This document shows, one piece after another, positions 46,899 to 55,677 of a stretch of DNA of 64,000 bases. A program made the translations under genes and the position numbers. Under the pieces are notes generated by a model. It saw nothing but the letters and a program-made list of their open reading frames with translations, was not told the origin of the DNA and made no database searches. The stretch's first letter is position 1. The number at the start of each line of letters is the position of its first letter. Source of the stretch: an uncultured Eubacteriales bacterium (GTDB lineage Bacteria; Bacillota; Clostridia; Lachnospirales; JAISER01). Location of the stretch: positions 757 to 64,756 of the forward strand of contig CAZJGG010000003.1 in assembly GCA_964545475.1 (NCBI GenBank), given 5' to 3'.

Positions 46899-48131
46899 TT
46901 ATTTTAAACAGTAAATTGTATCGGTATAAATTTTTTCTGCAATTGGAGGTAATTCATCTTTTTTTACATTTTTCATCATGTTAATAAAGTCATTTATATT
47001 ATTTTCATCATGAAGTAAAAGCTGTGAAACATAAAAATCAATGGTTGAACCCGGATAATCCTTTATTCCAACCATTTTTTTAATAAGTCCGCTTTTGCTT
47101 GCCTCAAATTCCTTATCGCTAATATTGCCTTTTTTTAGGTCTTCCAGCTGATTTAAAGAAATTTCAATAGTTTTTTCAAAGTTTTTGGAATCTACGCCTG
47201 CCTGCATAACCATAATGCCTTTAAACCTAAATAAAAAAGAACCAATACTGTAACAAAGGCTTTCTTCCTCCCGGACTTTTGCAAAAAGCCGGGAGTTAGC
47301 ACCGCCACCGAAAATTTCATTTAAAATTAAAAGCCTTAAATAATCCTCACTTACAGGCTTAACTCCTGTTCTTAAACCAATGCAAATTTTGCCTTGGTTA
47401 ACGTTCTTTTCTTCTAAAACCTTATTAGGATTATCAACCGGCTTGTAAACTATTTCCTCTTTAGGTATTTTGTCAATTTCAGAACGTTTATGAGTATACC
47501 AACCATTTAATTTATTAGCTATTATACCTTCGTTAACATCGCCCATAATAATAATTTCAATAGGGGCATGTTCAAGCAAATGTATATAATGTTCGTAGCA
47601 ATTTTTTTCATTTATGGCTTTTAAATCTTCTATTTCGCCGTCTCCGTAAATGCCGAAAGGTTCATCTTTGCACATTTCGTTTAACAAACGAAGTTTTGCG
47701 TATTCGGCTTTGTTATTTATTCTTGCGGAAATCGCATGAGTTAGGTTTTCTTTTTCGGAATCTGTATATACTTTTTTAAATCCGCCGTTTTCGCAAAGAG
47801 GGTTTAAAAGCATTTCCTTTAAAAAATCTAAGCAGTTATCAAGCTCGTCTTTAAAGCATTCAATATAAAACTCAATTATTTGATTTTCGCCTTTTTTTAT
47901 TATCTGTATTTCAAACGCCGCACCAAAAAGACGTTCTGTGTGGGCGTTTATTTCTTTCATATCTTGATACTTGTGAGAACCTCTTTGTAAAATCTGAGAT
48001 ATTAATGCGTTTTTTGCGGCGTTTTCCTTTGTAAGGGGTTGCCTTAATATTACGCATGTGTAAACAGAATTGAACTTTTCTGACGGTATTACATGGACGT
48101 TAACACCGTCTGCTATTTTAAACCCGCTCAT
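46899..48131 (-). CDS. M16 family peptidase-like protein, non-catalytic type (YfmF-like)
   Basis: M16 fold features (NEIFGGGANSRLFAKVREEESLCYSIGSF) but no HXXEH. Confidence 0.85.
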   Translation of the reverse strand: MSGFKIADGVNVHVIPSEKFNSVYTCVILRQPLTKENAAKNALISQILQRGSHKYQDMKEINAHTERLFGAAFEIQIIKKGENQIIEFYIECFKDELDNCLDFLKEMLLNPLCENGGFKKVYTDSEKENLTHAISARINNKAEYAKLRLLNEMCKDEPFGIYGDGEIEDLKAINEKNCYEHYIHLLEHAPIEIIIMGDVNEGIIANKLNGWYTHKRSEIDKIPKEEIVYKPVDNPNKVLEEKNVNQGKICIGLRTGVKPVSEDYLRLLILNEIFGGGANSRLFAKVREEESLCYSIGSFLFRFKGIMVMQAGVDSKNFEKTIEISLNQLEDLKKGNISDKEFEASKSGLIKKMVGIKDYPGSTIDFYVSQLLLHDENNINDFINMMKNVKKDELPPIAEKIYTDTIYCLK

Positions 48132-48135
48132 TTTA

Positions 48136-49149
48136 TCAATCCTTTAATTCAATTGAAACTGCATGTGCAATGCCAGGTATATTTTGTCCTTGTTGGCTGC
48201 TTGTTGTGCTTAAAAGTGCTCCTGTTGGAACAAACAGTATTTTCTTTATTTCTTTCTTTTTAAGTTTTGAATAATAATATCCGCAAAAAGTTACTGCAGA
48301 ACATGCGCAGCCGCTTCCTCCGGCGTGGGTGTCTTGCTTGTCCTTATTAAAAATTTCAATTCCGCAATCGGTGTAATTGTTTGAAAGCTGGAATCCTTCT
48401 TCTCCCATTAAATCTTTAACAAGCTGATGCCCAACATAACCTAAATCCCCTGTTGCTATAACGTCATAATAATCCGGAGTTCTGCCGAAGTCTTTAAAAT
48501 GTGCAGCAAGGGTTTCCGCTGCGGCAGGCGCCATGGCTGCGCCCATGTTGTTGGCATCAGATATGCCAAGGTCAACTATTTTTCCTGTTGTAACTCCAGT
48601 TACATAAGGGCCGCTTCCTGTTTTAGAAAGTATAGCAGAGCCGTCTCCTGTAACTGTCCAGGTGGCAGTAGGGGGGCGTTGACCACCTAATTCAAGAGGA
48701 AAGCGAAACTGCTTTTCTGCGGAGCAAAAATGGCTTGATGCGCCTATTAATACATTATCTGCAAATCCGCCGTCAATAAGCATAGAACCTAGGCTTAATC
48801 CCAGTCCAAAGGTCGAACATGCGCCGAATACTCCAATAAGAGGTATATCTAAACCCGTTACGCCAAAGGTTGTGCCTGTGCATTGGTTTAATAAATCCCC
48901 TGCAAGCAAATAATGCAAGTTTTTTTTAGGCATTTGCGCCTTTTTGATTATTAATTCCATTGTATCTTTAACAATTTTGCTTTCGGCTTTTTCCCAGCTG
49001 TCTTCTCCTGCAAGTGCATCGCTTAAAACAACGTCGAAATGTTTTGCAAGAGGACCTTCGCCTTCTTTAGGGCCTACTATTGAAGCAGTTTCAAGTATAG
49101 TTACAGGCCTTTCAAAAAAAACCGATTGCGCCCCAAGTCTTTTGTTCAT
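48136..49149 (-). CDS. spoVAD: Stage V sporulation protein AD
   Basis: Thiolase-fold SpoVAD sequence, LGAQSVFFERPVTILETASIVGPKEGEGPLAKHFD, HAGGSGCACSAVTF. Confidence 0.95.
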   Translation of the reverse strand: MNKRLGAQSVFFERPVTILETASIVGPKEGEGPLAKHFDVVLSDALAGEDSWEKAESKIVKDTMELIIKKAQMPKKNLHYLLAGDLLNQCTGTTFGVTGLDIPLIGVFGACSTFGLGLSLGSMLIDGGFADNVLIGASSHFCSAEKQFRFPLELGGQRPPTATWTVTGDGSAILSKTGSGPYVTGVTTGKIVDLGISDANNMGAAMAPAAAETLAAHFKDFGRTPDYYDVIATGDLGYVGHQLVKDLMGEEGFQLSNNYTDCGIEIFNKDKQDTHAGGSGCACSAVTFCGYYYSKLKKKEIKKILFVPTGALLSTTSSQQGQNIPGIAHAVSIELKD

Positions 49150-49158
49150 AATCCCACC

Positions 49159-49605
49159 TCATTTCACAAAGTAATAAATTAAACCTACTATTACCGATGT
49201 TAAAACCCCATATAATATTACAGGACCAGCTACTAAAAATATTTTTGCGCCAACACCAAGAATGTAGCCCTCTTTTTTAAATTCTATGGCTGGAGCGGCA
49301 ACGGAATTTGCAAAGCCTGTAATAGGAACGACAGAACCTGCTCCGGCAAATTTGCCGAATTTATCGTAAACACCAAAGCCTGTTAATAAAACGGCGATTA
49401 AAATAAGAATAATAGAGGTATACATGCTTGCGTCGTCTTTTTCAAAGCCACGGTTAACAAAATAATTATTAATAAATTGCCCAACTGTGCAAATAAAACC
49501 GCCAACTAAAAACGCCTTTAAGCAATCGGAAACGATATTTGAATTTGGTGAGGCTTTTTCAACCATTTTTTTATATTTATCTTTGCCTTTTTGAGTTTTG
49601 TCCAT
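49159..49605 (-). CDS. spoVAC: Stage V sporulation protein AC
   Basis: NIVSDCLKAFLVGGFICTVGQ, FAGAGSVVPITGFANSVAAPAIEFKKEG. Confidence 0.95.
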   Translation of the reverse strand: MDKTQKGKDKYKKMVEKASPNSNIVSDCLKAFLVGGFICTVGQFINNYFVNRGFEKDDASMYTSIILILIAVLLTGFGVYDKFGKFAGAGSVVPITGFANSVAAPAIEFKKEGYILGVGAKIFLVAGPVILYGVLTSVIVGLIYYFVK

Positions 49606-49625
49606 AGCAAATCATTCCTTTTTGT

Positions 49626-50060
49626 TTATTGCGGCTTGTAAAAGCCCGGTACTGTAAAATACAATATTGAACCGACAAATTTGCCTATTGCTATGCATAA
49701 AATAAAATAAAATATACCTTGCTGAATTCTTGCTCGCCTTGTAAAAATGGGAATAACGTTTAGAACCTCTGCTAAAGACATTGCTAGAACGCCTAAGAAC
49801 ACGCCGCCGCAAAAAGAAAGTAAAGAGCCGACAAAAATGTTTATTTGTGTTTTAAAGTGTAGGGCATCAATGGCAGCACCTGAAATTCCTCCAAGCATAA
49901 CGGCTTCTTCGTAAAGCCTAGCATACTGTTCCGTCTTAGTTTTTTGCGCAAGCCGGGGGATTACGCCTATTACGGCAATAAAAGCATAAACACCTCCGGC
50001 AATGATAACGCCGCCGGAAAAGGCTAAAAACATGCCGCATAAATATTTTAAATAAAACAC
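49626..50060 (-). CDS. spoVAB: Stage V sporulation protein AB
   Basis: SGGVIIAGGVYAFIAVIGVIPRLAQKTKT; between spoVAA and spoVAC. Confidence 0.88.
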   Translation of the reverse strand: MFYLKYLCGMFLAFSGGVIIAGGVYAFIAVIGVIPRLAQKTKTEQYARLYEEAVMLGGISGAAIDALHFKTQINIFVGSLLSFCGGVFLGVLAMSLAEVLNVIPIFTRRARIQQGIFYFILCIAIGKFVGSILYFTVPGFYKPQ

Positions 50061-50061
50061 G

Positions 50062-50709
50062 CTATTCCCCCTTGTTTTTCTTTAATGTGTCTAACATGTC
50101 AATCATTGTGTCAGAGACATCGGCTTCATATTTGGTGATTTCGACTTCAATTGGGGTAGGGTCGTTAGTAATAGCCTTACCAAGAAAATGGTTAAAAAAC
50201 ATTATTATACCTGAAGTAAGCCCGATAGAATAAGCCACTTCTAAGGCAATAGGATGCTTTGTTTCCTGCCCAAATATAAGCTTATGAGTGTTTTCAAAAA
50301 CCTCACTCATTTGGGCATCGGAATAAAAACTCATAATGGCAATGCCAGAGCCTACGAACAAAACAACGCATACAAAGGCAATTTTTGACCATTTGTAAAG
50401 TTTGTTGTCTTCGCTTTTAGTAGGGGAATATTCAATATAAGTATCCATTTCGCCAACGTTAACAACGCTTGCATCTGGGTATTTCTTTTTAATTTGCTTA
50501 ATAATGTCCGTAATGGTTACAAGATAACTTTGTTTCTGATCTTTTTTCTTTTTATTAAGAAGAGATTGGTTATCAATTTCAATAAGCTTTACGCTGTTTA
50601 TGGTGTCTGCAACGTCTTTTGTTGCTAAAACCTCGCAAATATCTTTAATCGTAATTTCCGAAAGGTTTGTTAAAGTTGCCTTTTTCATGGGCTTTAAGTA
50701 AATATCCAT
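50062..50709 (-). CDS. spoVAA: Stage V sporulation protein AA
   Basis: SpoVAA-like N-terminal domain; SD GAGGAG upstream of the ATG at 50709 (track start 50778 is a TTG). Confidence 0.85.
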   Translation of the reverse strand: MDIYLKPMKKATLTNLSEITIKDICEVLATKDVADTINSVKLIEIDNQSLLNKKKKDQKQSYLVTITDIIKQIKKKYPDASVVNVGEMDTYIEYSPTKSEDNKLYKWSKIAFVCVVLFVGSGIAIMSFYSDAQMSEVFENTHKLIFGQETKHPIALEVAYSIGLTSGIIMFFNHFLGKAITNDPTPIEVEITKYEADVSDTMIDMLDTLKKNKGE

Positions 50710-50924
50710 GAAGTAACACTCCTCTGTAGGATGGTGGTTTTTTAAAATTTTTGTTATAGACAAAGTATGAAATACCAAATAATAATGATATTATGACCAC
50801 AAGCTTAATAAAAAAAACAAGTCTTTTTTTTCCAATCAATTAAGATAACCTCCTAAAACATTAATACGGTTATTGACAATTATATCCACTTGATAGTACT
50901 ATATATTCAATGTTCAAAATTTGT

Positions 50925-51031
50925 TGTATAGCAATTTTCTAATTAGCAGTCCAATGAATCACGGCGCATTAGCGCAAACGCTGTAGGCGTTTAGTGATTA
51001 ATTGGACTACATTAAATAAAATTGCTATATA
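50925..51031. repeat. Long imperfect palindrome (hairpin element) in the spoVA-dpaA intergenic region
   Basis: tgtatagcaatttt...aaaattgctataca 14-bp perfect outer arms, then agtccaatgaatcac...gtgattaattggact and nested aaacgc/gcgttt. Confidence 0.85.
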
Positions 51032-51066
51032 CATAATTTAATTGAAGGATTGTTTTAAAATAGAAC

Positions 51067-51094
51067 ACGCCCTTAATTGAATAAGCATAAGATA
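51067..51094 (+). promoter_or_regulatory. Predicted sigma-K promoter of dpaAB
   Basis: AC at -35 and CATAAGATA (51086-51094) matching the CATAnnnTA -10 consensus, 17-nt spacing. Confidence 0.5.
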
Positions 51095-51150
51095 TTAATA
51101 ATTACTCTAAGCATTTTTCAAAGCTATACAAGCAATGAAAAGGCTTCTGA

Positions 51151-52062
51151 ATGGGAGTGAATGAATTGTATCATAATAAATTTCTTGTTTTAGGCGGAGA
51201 TATGAGAAACATCTCACTTTCTAGTCATTTGCAGGAAGATAACAACAAAGTTATGGTTTACGGCTTTTCCTCGCTTTCACCTGAAGAATTTCCACATCTT
51301 ATGTTTTCAAAAAATATGCAAAAGGCAATAAAAAATGCGGAAGTGGTTATCGGACCGATACCGTGCTGCAGCGAAAAAAACATTTTAAACACTCCTTTTC
51401 ATAAACAGTCAATTTCAATAGATTCAATTTTTGAGGCTATGGACAGCAGACAGATTTTTGTTGCAGGCAGAATTGACAAAGAAGTTTTTGAAAAGGCGAA
51501 AGAGAAAAAAATAATTATTTATGACGTGCTTGAAAGAAACGAAATGGCCATTTTAAACGCAATTCCTACAGCGGAAGGCGCTATACAAATTGCGTTTGAA
51601 CAAACAAAAATCACTTTGCATGGTGCAAATATTTTAGTCATCGGTTTTGGGCGGATTGGTAAAATATTATCAAAGATGCTCAAAGGAATCGGGGCAAACG
51701 TTTTTGGTGCTACCAGGCGTTATGACGATTATGCTTCAATGGTAAGTTATGGCTACAATCCATTGATGCTTTCAGAATTAAACGGATACCTTTCTAAAAT
51801 GGACGTTATTATTAATACTGCGCCTCATGTTCTTATTGATAAAAGCAACATTAAATTTATTAAAAAGGATTGCTTAATAATTGATTTAGCCTCTGCGCCT
51901 TACGGGGTGGACTTTGAGGAATGCAAAAGAGAGGGTATAAATGCGGTTTTGGCAGGCTCTCTGCCCGGCAAGGTTGCGCCTATAAGTGCCGCAAAATATA
52001 TTAAGGAGACAGTTTATAATATTTTATGCGAAAGGATTGAAAAATATGGATTTGAAAAATAA
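51151..52062 (+). CDS. dpaA: Dipicolinate synthase subunit A (start may be TTG at 51166)
   Basis: LVLGGDMRNISLSSHL, GANILVIGFGRIGKILSKMLKGIGANVF. Confidence 0.92.
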   Translation: MGVNELYHNKFLVLGGDMRNISLSSHLQEDNNKVMVYGFSSLSPEEFPHLMFSKNMQKAIKNAEVVIGPIPCCSEKNILNTPFHKQSISIDSIFEAMDSRQIFVAGRIDKEVFEKAKEKKIIIYDVLERNEMAILNAIPTAEGAIQIAFEQTKITLHGANILVIGFGRIGKILSKMLKGIGANVFGATRRYDDYASMVSYGYNPLMLSELNGYLSKMDVIINTAPHVLIDKSNIKFIKKDCLIIDLASAPYGVDFEECKREGINAVLAGSLPGKVAPISAAKYIKETVYNILCERIEKYGFEK

Positions 52063-52624
52063 AACCATAGGTTTTGCGATAACAGGCTCGTTTTGTACAC
52101 ATGATAAAATTATACCAGTAGTTGAAAAGTTAGTAAATTCAGGAGCAAATGTTATTCCTATAATATCAGAAATAACAAGTTGCACAGATACAAGGTTCGG
52201 CACGGCTGCGGATTTTAAGAAGAAGCTTGTTGAAATTACTAAAAATGAAATTATTGATTCTGTTGTTACAGCAGAGCCCATTGGTCCTAAAAAACTTTTG
52301 GATATTTTGGTTATTGCGCCGGCTTCCGGCAATACTATAGCTAAATTAGCTAATGCGATAACAGATTCTACAGTTACAATGGCTGCTAAGGCTCATTTAC
52401 GCAATGAAAGCCCTCTTGTAATTGGAATTTCCACAAACGACGGCCTTGGAGGAAACGCAAAAAACATCGGTCTTTTGCTTAATATAAACAATATTTATTT
52501 TGTCCCCTTTGGGCAGGATGATGCTATAAAGAAATCCAAATCATTAGTAGCGGATTTTAATTTAATTCCCGATACTCTTGAAAAAGCATTGGAAGGAAAG
52601 CAAATTCAGCCACTTTTGATTTAA
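52046..52624 (+). CDS. dpaB: Dipicolinate synthase subunit B
   Basis: KTIGFAITGSFCTHDKIIPV flavoprotein-like; start ATG at 52046 after aaagga. Confidence 0.92.
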   Translation: MDLKNKTIGFAITGSFCTHDKIIPVVEKLVNSGANVIPIISEITSCTDTRFGTAADFKKKLVEITKNEIIDSVVTAEPIGPKKLLDILVIAPASGNTIAKLANAITDSTVTMAAKAHLRNESPLVIGISTNDGLGGNAKNIGLLLNINNIYFVPFGQDDAIKKSKSLVADFNLIPDTLEKALEGKQIQPLLI

Positions 52625-52667
52625 ATATTTATCCGTATACATCAAATTCGGGAAAGGAGTTGGGGAG

Positions 52668-53663
52668 ATGTCAGCAACATTATTGGAAGAATACAGAAAC
52701 GGCATACTTGAAACAATTCATAAAGGCATTGTATGCATTATTGATAAAGATAGGAGCATAAAGCATATAGGAGATCACAATACGCTTATGTTTTACCGCT
52801 CATGCAGCAAGCCTATTCAAATTTTACCTTTTATATTAAATGGGTTGCACGAGAAATATGATATTAAACCAGAGGAAATAGCAATAATGTGTTCTTCCCA
52901 CCATGGAAACCCGGAGCATGTTGAAGTTTTGGAAAGCCTTGCAAAAAGGCTTGGTTTAAACGAAGATATGTTCGTTATGAAACCAACTTACCCAATAAAC
53001 TTAAACAGCAAAACTGCGGTTATAAAAAATGGCTTGCCCCCGAGAAAAGTTTACCACAACTGCTTTGGCAAGCATATAGGGCTTATTCTTCTTGCCCGAC
53101 ATTACGGCATAAAAGAAGAAAACTACTGGCATGGGGACAATAAAATTGTTTATGCAATAAAAGAGCTTATATCTTATTTGGCGGAAGTTAACGCTGACGA
53201 TATAAAAACCGGAACAGACGGTTGCGGTGTGCCTGTTTTTGCAGTTCCAATGGAAAAAATTGCTCTATCTTATTTAAAATATGCACGCCCTGAGCTTATT
53301 AATGACGAAAGCGTTAGAAAAGCAACTCAAATAGTGTGGGATTCCATTCATGAAAAACCGTCAATGATATGCGGTGAAGGGGAAGCTGTATCAGAGCTTT
53401 CTGCAAGCCCAAATATATTAGCTAAAGATGGGGCAGGGGGGCTTATAACAATGGGGCTTCGCAAAGAGGGGCTTGGCATTGTTATCCGCCTTCAAGACGG
53501 AGCGCACCACAGGCTTCCTCAAATTGCCTATTCTGTTCTTGAAAAAATTAGCTATGAAGATAAGGAACTTATAAACAGGCTTAAAAACTTATCTCCTATG
53601 GCTGTATATAATGAAAACGACGATATAGTGGGGGATATTAAAGCTCCATTTACATTAAAGTAA
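52668..53663 (+). CDS. Asparaginase (asparaginase II family)
   Basis: RSCSKPIQILPFILNG, IMCSSHHGNPEHVE, KTGTDGCGVPVFAVP, GEGEAVSEL. Confidence 0.88.
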   Translation: MSATLLEEYRNGILETIHKGIVCIIDKDRSIKHIGDHNTLMFYRSCSKPIQILPFILNGLHEKYDIKPEEIAIMCSSHHGNPEHVEVLESLAKRLGLNEDMFVMKPTYPINLNSKTAVIKNGLPPRKVYHNCFGKHIGLILLARHYGIKEENYWHGDNKIVYAIKELISYLAEVNADDIKTGTDGCGVPVFAVPMEKIALSYLKYARPELINDESVRKATQIVWDSIHEKPSMICGEGEAVSELSASPNILAKDGAGGLITMGLRKEGLGIVIRLQDGAHHRLPQIAYSVLEKISYEDKELINRLKNLSPMAVYNENDDIVGDIKAPFTLK

Positions 53664-53670
53664 AATAAAA

Positions 53671-53720
53671 AGCGGCAAACACATGTATACAGCAGGGCTG
53701 TATTGTGTTTGCCGCTTTTA
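53671..53720. terminator. Terminator hairpin aaagcggcaaacaca...tgtgtttgccgcttt
   Basis: Long inverted repeat following the asparaginase gene. Confidence 0.8.
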
Positions 53721-53749
53721 AGTTCTATAAAAATCTACTGATATGCTTT

Positions 53750-53959
53750 TTAATCATTGTCTTTTTTTCGTATCTCAATTAAGCCTGCAATGCAAGTTCC
53801 AACAATTATACCTAAAAAGACTAAAACATATGTATCATGTCTTTCTTGAAAATAAACAGGTAAAAAGGGATAAAAAATTGAAAGACATATTCCTAATAAT
53901 GCCGTGCAAAGAATATTTGTTATATAATGTTTAATTTTATTCTTATTATTAGGTTTCAT
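53750..53959 (-). CDS. Small hypothetical membrane protein (start at 53959, SD gaggag)
   Basis: MKPNNKNKIKHYITNILCTALLGICLSIFYPFLPVYFQERHDTYVLVFLGIIVGTCIAGLIEIRKKDND, two hydrophobic helices. Confidence 0.5.
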   Translation of the reverse strand: MKPNNKNKIKHYITNILCTALLGICLSIFYPFLPVYFQERHDTYVLVFLGIIVGTCIAGLIEIRKKDND

Positions 53960-54008
53960 TTTTGAAAATCTCCTCACCGCATTGTAAATTGCTTAAGGCC
54001 CCTTCCTT

Positions 54009-54174
54009 AGAGCCTGTTTAGAATCTCCATTTCAGTGTCTTTTCGGCAAATTTTCCGAATCGCTGCGTCAGTGGCAAACGCCCATACTTCTTCTAGTATG
54101 AACGTTCACCACTTCCTTGCGATTCAAAAAATTTGCTCAAAAATCCACTAAAAGCGAGATTCCAAACAGGCTCT
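54009..54174 (+). repeat. Dispersed long-hairpin repeat, full copy C
   Basis: agagcctgtttagaatctc ... gagattccaaacaggctct terminal inverted repeats (18/19) and core shared with 32238-32390. Confidence 0.9.
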
Positions 54175-54272
54175 TAGAAAGGTTTCCGGGTTGTCGAGGG
54201 CGCCAACCCCTACATTTATGCCAAATCTATAGCTATTAAAAAAATAATGATGTACCGAACAACTCGCAGTGC

Positions 54273-55661
54273 TTACTTAATAGATGCAAATGACTTGCAA
54301 AGCTCATACAACGTAGTTATTCCTGCTCCTGTTGCCCCTATGTTTTGGAATTCCCATTTTTGAGTGCTTACCCAAGCTGTACCAGCAATATCAATATGCA
54401 TCCAAGGCAGGTCTTCATTAAAACATGAAAGAAATTGCCCAGCCGCTATTGTGGCGCAGCCCTCTTCAGAGCTGTTTTTTATGTCAGCGGCACGGCTTTC
54501 ATTTAGTTTGGCATATTCATCAAAAGTAGGAAGGCGCCAGTATTGCTCTCCGGTGTCTTTAGAAGCATTGTTAAGTCTGTTGAAAAATTCATCGTCATTA
54601 GAAAGCACAGCGGCAGTTGTAAACCCAAACATTAACACAACTCCCCCTGTTAATGTGGCAATATCCACAATTCTAGTTGCTCCGGCTTTTGATACTGCAT
54701 AAGTTATGGCATCTGCCAAGACAAGCCGCCCTTCGGCATCAGTATTGGCGATTTCAATGGTTTTTCCGCTCATGGAAGTAACAACGTCTCCAACCAAGAA
54801 GCTATCTCTTGATATGCGGTTTTCCGCCGCCGGAATAACAGCAGTAACATTAACGTGAACTTTATTTTTAGCAAGAGCAGTTATACAGCCCCAAACAGCC
54901 GCCGCCCCTGCCATATCTCCTCTTATGCCTTTCATAGAAAGAACAGGCTTTAAGCAATATCCTCCTGTGTCGCAGGTTATGCCCTTGCCTACAAGCCCTA
55001 TAACTTCTTTGCTCTCCGGCGCACCTTTATAGGTTAAAACCGCCATACGAGGAAGGTTTCCTGCGCTTCCGCCAACAGCCAGCAAAGCATTCATACCCAG
55101 CTCTTTCATTTGTTTATCATCTAATATTTCAACAGTGCATCCGGCTTTTTCAGCCAAATCAGCCATTCTTGCCGTCATTGTATCAGGAGTAAGCATGTTT
55201 GCCGGTTCGTTTACCATATCCCGAGCTATTAAAACGCTTTCTGCTATAGCAGATATTTCAGACAGCTTATTAAAGTCTTTTTCCCCATTTGGTAAATCGA
55301 GGTAAACAGTAAGTTCGTTTATTGTGTTAGTGCTTTTCCAGTTTTTCGGTTTGTAAAGGGTAAGTGCAACGCTTTCGTATGCAAAAACGGCGGCTTTTTC
55401 ACCAAAAAGTTCAGCTAAAGCTTTAAGGCGAATAACAACGGATTTCCCTCCGTTTAACTGAACATGTTTTATACCTGCCGCAACAGCACGCCTTACTAAC
55501 AGTGAGGAAAGTTTTTCCTTATCCCCCAAACATACCGTAGCGCAAGGCATTTGTCCGTCATTAAAAGAGCAGTTAATATTAAGCAAATTATTATTTTCAT
55601 TGTTTTTTAAGGCAAAATCAATTTGCCATTGTGCAGCTTCGTTGTTCCAGTAAGTAATCAT
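54273..55661 (-). CDS. pepA: Leucyl aminopeptidase, M17 family
   Basis: GLVGKGITCDTGGYCLKP, NTDAEGRLVLADA. Confidence 0.95.
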   Translation of the reverse strand: MITYWNNEAAQWQIDFALKNNENNNLLNINCSFNDGQMPCATVCLGDKEKLSSLLVRRAVAAGIKHVQLNGGKSVVIRLKALAELFGEKAAVFAYESVALTLYKPKNWKSTNTINELTVYLDLPNGEKDFNKLSEISAIAESVLIARDMVNEPANMLTPDTMTARMADLAEKAGCTVEILDDKQMKELGMNALLAVGGSAGNLPRMAVLTYKGAPESKEVIGLVGKGITCDTGGYCLKPVLSMKGIRGDMAGAAAVWGCITALAKNKVHVNVTAVIPAAENRISRDSFLVGDVVTSMSGKTIEIANTDAEGRLVLADAITYAVSKAGATRIVDIATLTGGVVLMFGFTTAAVLSNDDEFFNRLNNASKDTGEQYWRLPTFDEYAKLNESRAADIKNSSEEGCATIAAGQFLSCFNEDLPWMHIDIAGTAWVSTQKWEFQNIGATGAGITTLYELCKSFASIK

Positions 55662-55677
55662 TTAAACATCTCCATAA

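Noticed and set aside
50062-50778. Track start of spoVAA at 50778
   Set aside because: That start is a TTG without an SD; ATG at 50709 has a GAGGAG SD and fits the family length.
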